Shown piece by piece: positions 11,042 to 19,635 of a stretch of DNA of 64,000 nucleotides. Both the position numbers and the translations under genes were made by a program. How positions within the stretch are numbered: the first letter of the stretch is position 1; every line of letters starts with the position of its first letter. Location of the stretch: positions 1,984,001 through 2,048,000 of the forward strand of contig OX337240.1 in assembly GCA_946965045.2 (NCBI GenBank), in the 5' to 3' direction. A model generated the notes under the pieces. That model made no database searches, was not told where the DNA came from, and saw only the letters and a program-made list of their open reading frames with translations. Source of the stretch: Epithemia pelagica (Eukaryota; Protista; Bacillariophyta).

Positions 11042-12130
11042 ATGGCGTCCTCCTTCGACACCGCCTCTCAGAAACTCGCTCAGGGAATACCACCATTCCC
11101 CTTGCGTGACCTACCCACAACGCGGGACGAGCTGTTATGGACAGAAATTAGGAGCGAGTATAGCCTGACTTTGGCTGAATTGTCTTCGCTGAAGAACCAC
11201 GCGTGCGAAGAACAACATCGACCACAGCAACAAGAAGGTATGTTGAGGCAGCCGCAGCCGGTGTTTATGATCGGGGCCATCGTCAGAGGAGCGAAACAGT
11301 CGAACGGCGCGCGAGGGAATGTGTTCAAGTTTCTGGAAAGGCACTGCGGTCACTATTCAGAACAAGAAGGAATTCAAATCCGTTACGAGAACGATGATTT
11401 ACATATCAAAGCCTACTTTGTATCATACGAAGCGGCATGTCAACTGCAGACAGCGCTGAATGAATGGGAAATTCATAAAGAACTCGCTAATTTGAGAGGT
11501 GTTGCTCTTGATCCGCTCACACCCGCCGGAATTTCCATGCCTTCGGACTTGAAACGCATTTATTTGCAGGATTACCAACCGCAGGATAGTGAATCACCCT
11601 GTCAAACACTGGATCAACTGCATTCTTACCGTCTTTCCGTGCCCGTTACGGAGCCCGTGGAACCAAATACACCGCTCGTTCGCTATCAAAGCATCGACAA
11701 ACTCGTCCCTCATCTCAAGCACTACAAATGTCACTTGAAAGACAAGGCCAAATTTCAGCGGCTTCAAACCAACGAAAACAACATGCTCGCAGCAAGTTGG
11801 ACTTTTCATCAACAATTGGATGGCCTCAACGTGGATGAAGGGATGCCTCTAGCAGCTATCTCTGTCAAAGAAGCTTCCAGGTGCCGGATCGCGGCACATG
11901 ACGACCGATACCGTGTGACACTCTCCATTAAATTCTTCTACCCAGAACTTGCATTCTCATTTGCCGCTCTGGAAGGGGCACGCATGGTGGTAGATGATGA
12001 CGGTTCCCCCTACTGGGAGACGGTTGTCCACGTGAAAGACAAAAATTTATTTTTGGAATGTATTGAGTGGAAGTTTCAGGACACGACAAGACAGTGGCAA
12101 AATCACAGAGAATTTCTGGAGCAGGAGTAA
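11042..12130 (+). CDS. Crinkler (CRN)-like protein 1: shared 59-aa header plus HNH-like C-terminal nuclease domain
   Basis: First 59 aa identical to the 19636 ORF. The C-terminus carries KCHLKD...NENNMLAASWTFHQQLDG, matching the H...N...H-x-x-x-D pattern of HNH_2-type CRN C-termini. Intronless, 362 aa. Confidence 0.7.
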   Translation: MASSFDTASQKLAQGIPPFPLRDLPTTRDELLWTEIRSEYSLTLAELSSLKNHACEEQHRPQQQEGMLRQPQPVFMIGAIVRGAKQSNGARGNVFKFLERHCGHYSEQEGIQIRYENDDLHIKAYFVSYEAACQLQTALNEWEIHKELANLRGVALDPLTPAGISMPSDLKRIYLQDYQPQDSESPCQTLDQLHSYRLSVPVTEPVEPNTPLVRYQSIDKLVPHLKHYKCHLKDKAKFQRLQTNENNMLAASWTFHQQLDGLNVDEGMPLAAISVKEASRCRIAAHDDRYRVTLSIKFFYPELAFSFAALEGARMVVDDDGSPYWETVVHVKDKNLFLECIEWKFQDTTRQWQNHREFLEQE

Positions 12131-12856
12131 TTATTATCTTCATCTTCGTCTTTAGCCTTAGCATTGGAGCGAGGGGAAATTGCAGAATCAGGGGAAAAAG
12201 TTAAAACACAAGGAAAAACTGAAGAAGTATCAGGCCGAACTAAAGAAGGAAGAAGAAGATACCATGGCCCGGATTTTAGACGTCAGTTTTTATTGATGGA
12301 TATTGACAATGTAATACCAAGAGATTTGAGCAAACAGAAAAGCAACTGGTAGCATCACTTTAGGTATTTGTTTAGAATACAATTCCTTAGTTACCTACCA
12401 AAAGAGACTCAATTCAAACAAAATAAGAAGTATATATGTTTCTTGTTCCAATTCTAGAACTAATTGTTGAAACAAGAGTAGATACAACAATCAACAAATA
12501 CTAGAGTTGTTGTTTCCTTTTGTTCGGGCTGGTTGTTTCGTTTCTATAAACTCTACGCGGTGGACTTGTAACCACATGGGGTACTCGCGCGGTTCATGGT
12601 GCTGGAAGACTTGGTTGAAGTGTTGCTTCAGGGCTGTTTCGGTGATTCGTGGGAGAGCCGCTTCCTCCTGGTGGTTCGCCTTGTGGCGGACGACCAGGTT
12701 GAGGTGGATGGCTGCGGGTGGGTCCTTGTTTCCGCTGTGGTTCAAGGGCTTGGTGGTTGGAGACTTGTACGGGTTCCGGATTGGCGGTCGGAGAGGTGTT
12801 GTCGTAGAGGGTGTTCCGTTGGTGTTGTCGTCGTTTTCGTGGTGTTCATCTTCGTG

Positions 12857-13155
12857 TGTTGGAAATAATGAGCAAGAAAGAAAACACTGCGACTCGGGAA
12901 CGCCTGACGGAACAAGACCAAAGACAATGCAAGCAAGACCAAAAACAATGAAGAGTATTATGAAGAATAAAGCGAGCAGGACGAGCCCCGCACGCGTAAC
13001 ATACGCTGACGTAGTCAGAAAAGGAAAGGCGAACAAATCGCCAACAAATGAGTTTAGAGCTCATTCTTTGGAAACAATCAAGACAGTAAATTAGGATCAT
13101 TTTCGACTTTACAGTATAGTGGACAAAGCTGACGGCTACGACACTTTACTCAACA
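12857..13155 (+). mobile_element. Probable solo LTR of a CoDi-type copia element
   Basis: 299 bp bounded by inverted TGTTG...CAACA. It contains a frame ending TYADVVRKG...AHSLETIKTVN*, like pol tails that run into 3' LTRs. The flanks TCGTG and TTGTT match at only 3/5, so the TSD is not clean. Confidence 0.5.
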
Positions 13156-13624
13156 TTGTTTCCAAAGAAAATGATCGGTTCTCTGAATGGATACTGAGTA
13201 GTCGTGAACCTTATTAGTTTAATACAATAGAGCTTACCCTACTTTCGATAGGGCACTAGGTAATCTTAATTGTTTTTTTAATAACCGCGTCACTTAAGTG
13301 AACTCATCCGATTATGTCTAAGTATCAGTTGTCTCACAATTATTGGATGCCAATCAAACTCCGAGGCGTGCTTGTTGCATAAATAGTGTGACAGAATACT
13401 TAGATCTTCCATCCCCCACTCCTCTCGCGAACCGACCACGAGCGACACAAGACAACACATAACACAGCAGCATGCACCAACACAATGGGAACTCCTACAC
13501 AACACTAGAATAAAAAATCGAAGTACAGTAATTTTTGGGGCTTAGGTAGTGGGAGTGTGGGGAGTGACTTACTCCTCAGTGAGTGCTCAGTGAGTGGGGA
13601 AGGGTACGACGACGAGTGATAAAG

Positions 13625-13770
13625 GTAGCTATTTACTCTACGAGTAGTAGCCCTTTGTAGTCGCACGCAAAATCACAAGAAAACCAACAACCAATAGTCT
13701 CGAGCGGGGGTGAGTCCAGGTCGCAGGTGGGTCAGCATCTTCGATGCGCATCGCTCATTCGACTCATGAG
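13625..13770. repeat. Direct repeat R, copy 2
   Basis: Nearly identical to 10816-10955. Confidence 0.93.
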
Positions 13771-14513
13771 TGTGGTCGAGCCCTGGGAACGGCTGACTTG
13801 GACGCTGTGTTGGGACTTGCGACTCCATGACGGTCGGTTTGTGTTTCTCGAATGCCTTCGAAAGATCCTTCGTCGCGGAGGAGTTCGTCATGGTGGGATG
13901 TTGTTCGTGTTGGGGGGGGTTCCATTGAAATTTCAAACGAGCATGGCAGTCGAACACACGGTTTCATAGGGGGGAGGACGCGTATATCGTATTCGTGTAT
14001 ATATACATATATATTCTACGACTACGTTTGTGTTTACGAGAATTGTTCGTGAGACGGGGGGTTGGCTCGGACAAATTTTAGCGCTTTTCGATCTCAAACC
14101 TAAAATTTAACGCCAATCGTAAAGAACAGGTTTTAAGCTTATGCGAGCAGCATATAGGTGTCTCCCATAAATTTTATCGGAGTCAACGTGCTGCTCGAAG
14201 TGCTGTCTCCCTTATTAAAACAGTAAAGCAAGCTGTGTTAAGCAATGACACCTGTGTCATTTTTTCCCTCATTCATCGCGTCCAAGGTCACTCATTCATG
14301 AATGATACCAAAGCAATCTATTGTTACTTCTATTCCTTACTCGTCTACTGGCATTCCGTCCACACCGCCTCCCCACCGAAGATCATGAATGGTAAGTGCG
14401 CGGATTATTTCATACAGGAATCCAACCCATCAAGTGTTTCTTGTTTCCATTCACCCCTCTAATCTTTTCTGTGCAAAAATGCAGGTCTCATTGAGTCGAT
14501 CGAAGTTGCAGAG

Positions 14514-15041
14514 ATGCATCTTGAACCTGAAGACAACAATCAATCAAACACTGTTGTGATGGTCCCTTTCACTCTCCAGAAACCCCGAGTGCTAGTTACA
14601 GGAGAAAAGGGCAGTGTCATTGACGAGACCGCTGAAGCTACTGAGACCAGATATCTGCCCGAACAATACGCTTGTCCTGAAAGCATCAGTACAATTCTCC
14701 ACGAACTCAACCACAATACGCCTCCCTCCCAAACTCACGGATACATGCATTGGGAGAGTGTTTGCGGAGTCTGTCAACAAAATCCCTGCGTTATTGTCGA
14801 CAATCTTCCTTACCTTCATGAAATCGCAATGCATATGAAGAAAAAAGGTGAATCGAATCGCAGTATTCGATATCAATTGTATCGCCGCTTGTCGAACAAG
14901 CTTCACGGCCCCCTTGGACGCGGCCACCGTGTACAACTTCCTGATTGTTTGGTTGATTTTGTTCGCGAAAACTTCCCCAACGAGAACCCAGATGAACAGT
15001 ACGTTGGCTTTCGCGAAGGTCCTATCAATCACGACGAGTAA
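14514..15041 (+). CDS. piggyBac passenger ORF, 175 aa, with a CxxC-x3-PC cluster and a P2X7-ballast-like C-terminal motif
   Basis: Inside the TIRs and convergent with the transposase. Motifs CGVCQQNPC and RYQLYRR...HGPLGRGHRVQLPDCLVDFVRENFP...QYVGF. Confidence 0.7.
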   Translation: MHLEPEDNNQSNTVVMVPFTLQKPRVLVTGEKGSVIDETAEATETRYLPEQYACPESISTILHELNHNTPPSQTHGYMHWESVCGVCQQNPCVIVDNLPYLHEIAMHMKKKGESNRSIRYQLYRRLSNKLHGPLGRGHRVQLPDCLVDFVRENFPNENPDEQYVGFREGPINHDE

Positions 15042-15106
15042 TCAAGCACTAAGAGACTAGCGTCAAAGTGGGTAATATTCTCTTATTTAGATTATTCAAT
15101 TCTCTT

Positions 15107-18100
15107 CTACACTTCATGCATTTCTCTACTTTCGTCAGTACTTTCATTGTCACCATCATTGTTGTCATCGTCTTCGTCTGTATCATTCCGTTCCTGGTTC
15201 CTGCGCTTTCTTTTCCTTGTCCACTCTGGAGGCAACCCGTGTTTCTCGCGTAGATCCATTATGATTGGATGATTCTTCTTTGTTGTGTATTTGTATCGAG
15301 CTCCCGGAGATGACGCTGGTCGACACATGAACATTTCTCTTCCATTGGTCGAATGGAGAATCTCGAAGCATGTGAGATCAGTGAATTGAGGTAGTTGATG
15401 GATCTTCCATCCATCTTCTCTTTCGTCCTTGCATGATACCAAATGGGCAACAATCCCACACTTGGCACATTGACCCACGTTGGTAAAAATGCCTTTCATA
15501 CCGAGCTCTTTGCGTTTCCAACGATATTCCAACAAACATATGGCGCATGCAACTCGTCTGTTACCTTCCAATGGGATGGGATAGTGTCCATCTTCACACG
15601 TTCGTTCCCTTGTTGCAGTAGTCCTCCTTGCCAAAGCGTCTACTTCCTCTGTGTGGACATAGCTGCACATTGCTTGTGCAACACAGGTGTAGAATGCATG
15701 CCGCGTGAGCTTCGTGCGTCGAGCTCGGACACGGTCTCCAGCGGACATGTTCCATCCGATGTAGGCATTGAGAAGCATAACATCCATTATGCCTAAACCA
15801 GTCTTCTTGTACCACTTTTTGAAATGCCCATGGGTGGCAAAACCGCCAAAATGTTGTCGCATCTGGTCCCCTTCATCTATCCCCCCCATTGTCTCTTGAT
15901 ACCGAATGAGAACCATAGGGCAATTGAATACCTCTTTGTTGGGTCCAACTTGTCGTTCTACCTGTCCTTTGCCATTATTTTCATAACTCGATGCAAAATT
16001 TACCACTTTCGAGTCCACCCATTGCCCAATGATGATTCCATTCACTTCGTCGTGTGCCAGGTGGATTGTTCCTCGGTTAGTTTTTGTCTTCTTTAGTTGC
16101 ATCAGTCTCTTGTTCCACCCAACTCTGTTTGAACGTACTGTACCTGTCGCGAGGATTTTCAGACGATCACGAAGAATAACCAGTAATTGGGGCGCTGCAT
16201 ATCTATTGTCCATTGCCAAATGACGGAATCCGTTGGTTTCCTTATGCAACTCCAACGCATAACATGCGTTTACCACAGCCTTCATCGTTGTAGGAAGTTT
16301 CTTGGCCTCCTCTCGTATATAAGAGTTGGTAGCATTTTTTCCTTGATATACGTCAAGGTGGAGAATTGCATAGGACCTGGAAGAAGCGAGAATGAAGAAG
16401 TCTACACGAAATTTTTGCGGCTTGTCCTTGTTGTACTGCCTAACAGGGCAGTACCGGGAGCGACAGCCAATTCCACCTTCATCAAAAGCCAAATCTTGAG
16501 GAATCCGAAATGATCTCTTGGAAGCAGCGTTAACAGCTTGAATGAGTTTTCGAAGCTGGTAGCACTTGTCACCGCCCCTTGCAGCACCTTTGTTCTCAAA
16601 GTGAAAGGCTCCTCTTATCTGACGGAATCTGGCCAACCTCATGTATCTCGAAGCCCATCCTTCACTATCGAGAATCTCTACAGAGGGAAGAGCAGTTCCC
16701 AGACTGTACATACGGTTTGAGGTCTGAAAATAAGAGGCATAGCCTCCACCATCCACTGGCCGGAGTGACATCATTAGGACGATGCCGAGGAACCTCGTCA
16801 TTTCTTGTGCCGTGACATCCTTCCATTTTTGGGAATGATAATAACCTCGGCGCCCCATCAAACGCGGACGGATTTTCTGGTGAAAGTACTGATTAGTTGC
16901 CGCAGCCATATCGGAAATCAATGAATTTGACAATCCACCAATAACACGGATACAATCTAGTGGAGTATGGAACTCATCCGCTACTCCAGCTTTCAGACCG
17001 TCTTCTCCACGAAACATTGACCTGTTATGACGTTCCTTGCCAATCCACGACAACATATTGGTAGACGCATCAACCTCTTTGTAGTGAAAGTGCAAGTTGT
17101 CGATCAGTACTTTGAGATTTGTTGAATTGTTGGGGTCTTCGTCATCCGAAACCGAGTCTGTTGATTCTCCATCATCTTGTTGTGTATTGTCTTGGGCAGA
17201 ATCGTTGTCATCGCTTTGACAATAATCATCCAATGGATTCTGTGACCTTTGCACGGTATCATTGAAGTCCAGCTCAAAACCACCGTCGGCATCTTCATCT
17301 GAAGAAGATCCGTTGTCGTCAATGTCATCATTTGCTCCAGCGTTATTTTGCTGTTGTTGTTGTCGACGAGTGGTGACGGTAGGGATGGCAGCCATTTCTA
17401 TGGAGTTGTTGTTTGGTTGAAGTTGTTGAGCCGCGGTATCAGTTGTCCCTGTCGAGTCTCTTGTATTGGAAGTACCAAAAAGACGTGTGGCAACTTGGTT
17501 GATTGGAGTGTGATTGTTATCTTCATCTCCAGTTGCTGTCTCAAAGTTATTCATTGCTGGAGAGGGTTCACCTCGTGGGGCAGTCATCAAAGTGGCTCGA
17601 CCCTGTGCTCGCTCTTGAGTGGACGGTGGATTGGATCGTGTCCGACGATTGGAATGCCGCAAAGATGAATTGCTAGCATTCCTTAGGGCGTCTCTTCTTC
17701 GTGCTCGTTCTGTTGTGGGAGGAGGTGGTGGTGGTGCTCTTGCTGTGTTGCCGCGTCGAGGCGATCGTCGTAGTGCAGGTGACTGTGTGTTGCCGCGTCG
17801 AGGCGATCGTCGTAGTGCAGGTGACTGTGTGTTGCCGCGTCGAGGCGATCGTCGTAGTGCAGGTGACTGTGTGACGTTGTTGCTGCCACCATGAGCCTCG
17901 GAAACTTGACTTTGTTGTTGTTGCTGTTGTGTTGCAGATGGTTCACCATTTGGCCTGTATGCTTCAATGTACTGACGAAGCCTCTCTTTCACTGTTTTCG
18001 TTGATATGAATTGAGACTTGATCCAGTTCTGGGGGACTTGCATAGTACTAATCGTACCGTTGTCCCAGATAATGGAATAAGCATTGCCATTTTTCTTTGA

Positions 18101-18655
18101 CGGGCACTCCATGATTTTTCCGACCACACGAACAGGATTGTCAGTTTCATTTGGACGAAAGCGCCGTAGAAAATCTTGGTAGAAGTTATCATGGATCCAA
18201 AATTCGTCTGGAGCAACAAGAAAGCGCTTGGCATACGAAAAACGCGATCGCTGTTGGTTGTTGCCAGGTGGACGTCGAGGACGATCGTGTGTCTGTGTTG
18301 TTTCGGTAGCGACGCCTCCCGGACGGGCAACGTTGGAACCCGATTCTGTTCCATGTCCGCGTGTTGCTGTTGTTGTAGTAGTTATAGGTGCAACGTTGGT
18401 GGATGAATCCATTGCTTCCGGATTGCGGGGTGGAGGTGCGACAGTATTGTTGGCGATTGCTTCAAACGGTGGTGGTGGTTGGGGGGGAACACCAAAGGCT
18501 GCCTCTGTTGCTAAGGCATTGCCAACAGATTGTTCGGGAAGTTGGGCGGTATCTTCGGTGGCATGGTCAATATCTGGTTCGATGAGCGGTTGCGACAAAT
18601 TCGGTTGTCCTGACTCTTGGTCCTCGTTCTCCGCAGGTACAGCTGCAGACGACAT
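15107..18655 (-). CDS. piggyBac transposase (DDE_Tnp_1_7 type), 1182 aa
   Basis: Catalytic triad contexts AFDEG, MDNRY and MGGID; VRQYNKDKPQKF motif; Cys-rich C-terminal domain (CAIC...CAKC...H...C); long low-complexity N-terminus; no stops. Confidence 0.95.
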   Translation of the reverse strand: MSSAAVPAENEDQESGQPNLSQPLIEPDIDHATEDTAQLPEQSVGNALATEAAFGVPPQPPPPFEAIANNTVAPPPRNPEAMDSSTNVAPITTTTTATRGHGTESGSNVARPGGVATETTQTHDRPRRPPGNNQQRSRFSYAKRFLVAPDEFWIHDNFYQDFLRRFRPNETDNPVRVVGKIMECPSKKNGNAYSIIWDNGTISTMQVPQNWIKSQFISTKTVKERLRQYIEAYRPNGEPSATQQQQQQSQVSEAHGGSNNVTQSPALRRSPRRGNTQSPALRRSPRRGNTQSPALRRSPRRGNTARAPPPPPPTTERARRRDALRNASNSSLRHSNRRTRSNPPSTQERAQGRATLMTAPRGEPSPAMNNFETATGDEDNNHTPINQVATRLFGTSNTRDSTGTTDTAAQQLQPNNNSIEMAAIPTVTTRRQQQQQNNAGANDDIDDNGSSSDEDADGGFELDFNDTVQRSQNPLDDYCQSDDNDSAQDNTQQDDGESTDSVSDDEDPNNSTNLKVLIDNLHFHYKEVDASTNMLSWIGKERHNRSMFRGEDGLKAGVADEFHTPLDCIRVIGGLSNSLISDMAAATNQYFHQKIRPRLMGRRGYYHSQKWKDVTAQEMTRFLGIVLMMSLRPVDGGGYASYFQTSNRMYSLGTALPSVEILDSEGWASRYMRLARFRQIRGAFHFENKGAARGGDKCYQLRKLIQAVNAASKRSFRIPQDLAFDEGGIGCRSRYCPVRQYNKDKPQKFRVDFFILASSRSYAILHLDVYQGKNATNSYIREEAKKLPTTMKAVVNACYALELHKETNGFRHLAMDNRYAAPQLLVILRDRLKILATGTVRSNRVGWNKRLMQLKKTKTNRGTIHLAHDEVNGIIIGQWVDSKVVNFASSYENNGKGQVERQVGPNKEVFNCPMVLIRYQETMGGIDEGDQMRQHFGGFATHGHFKKWYKKTGLGIMDVMLLNAYIGWNMSAGDRVRARRTKLTRHAFYTCVAQAMCSYVHTEEVDALARRTTATRERTCEDGHYPIPLEGNRRVACAICLLEYRWKRKELGMKGIFTNVGQCAKCGIVAHLVSCKDEREDGWKIHQLPQFTDLTCFEILHSTNGREMFMCRPASSPGARYKYTTKKNHPIIMDLREKHGLPPEWTRKRKRRNQERNDTDEDDDNNDGDNESTDESREMHEV
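17744..17872. repeat. 42-bp tandem repeat x3 encoding TQSPALRRSPRRGN in the transposase
   Basis: Three perfect 42-bp units. Confidence 0.95.
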
Positions 18656-19057
18656 TGCATTTGGTGGACGTCTTCTTCACTATATGGACCGTCGGAATGG
18701 AGAATCCTGCAACGATCGGCCCAAATGGTAGATATGTATAAGAGTACAAAGTTGGGCCATGGGCGAAGGATGATCGAAATGAACAGAAATGAGGAAAATC
18801 GCCAATTTTTCAAAGCAAAATATCATGCTATTGACTGTGTATTTACTGTAGACTATCATTTATGAAGTTGTTCGGAATTCCAAGATCTTTCGAACGATGA
18901 AGTCAGATCTGCATGAAATTAAAGTTTCAGGAAGTTATACCAAGTGAAAGTTAAGGGAGTAGCGTATACGCTGCTCCCATATATGGGAGTAGCGTATACG
19001 CTGCTCGCTTACGATTGGCGTTAATGGGTTATGAGGGCACCTTTAAGTGCGTTTTTA

Positions 19058-19571
19058 GGCCGTCCCTCTATAGCATCGACAAAACCAAACCTGAAGCGTG
19101 ACACGTCACTAAAAACCCGGAAATATGACGTCAAATCCGGGTTTTCTGTCATTTCAGGTTTTGCAACGACAACAAGCTGAGCGCAGGTTTTGTAATTTTT
19201 TTAACCCTCCAAACCAATTTTTACCATTAGGGATAATCCGAAATGACATTAGGGATAGTGTTTTATCTATGCTAGTGTATGTTTTTCCCACAGAAATGAC
19301 AAATGACGGTTGCTATATGCGCGGTGCGCGTTCGACTTCAACGGTCACCCTAACCCCAATGAGGCTACATGAAACATGCGGGCTTGATGTCCTACTTTCA
19401 AAACTTTTAGTATTCAACTATTAAAAGTGAATATGAGGACTGTTGGGGGCCTTGGGGGAATGCAGCGCGGAATCGGGTTTTGGTGCTATAGGACGGCGAA
19501 ACGCGCCAAAACTGAATTTAGTGATGACGTCACGCTTCAGGTTTGGTTTTGTCAATGCTATAGGGATGGCC
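19058..19571. mobile_element. PIF/Harbinger-type (Tourist-like) MITE, 514 bp
   Basis: TTA TSD at 19055-19057 and 19572-19574; about 55-bp imperfect TIRs starting GGCC and containing GACAAAACCAAACCTGAAGCGTGAC; no coding capacity. Confidence 0.88.
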
Positions 19572-19635
19572 TTAGTTTAAGATTTCAGGTATAAGTATTG
19601 CAGTAGAGTCCCAATAGCGGGTTGGTGTTTCGACC

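Larger units (their letters stand above)
14111..19020 (-). mobile_element. Full-length piggyBac DNA transposon, 4910 bp
   Basis: TTAA TSD at 14107-14110 and 19021-19024; perfect 12-bp TIR CGCCAATCGTAA at 14111-14122 and 19009-19020; a 27-bp subterminal IR (22/27) with a 20-bp spacer on the left and none on the right; intact transposase ORF. Confidence 0.95.

Noticed and set aside
12491-13094. ORFs 12491..13036 (-) and 12507..13094 (+)
   Set aside because: Both cross the putative solo-LTR boundary at 12857, so they look like chimeric reading frames rather than genes.
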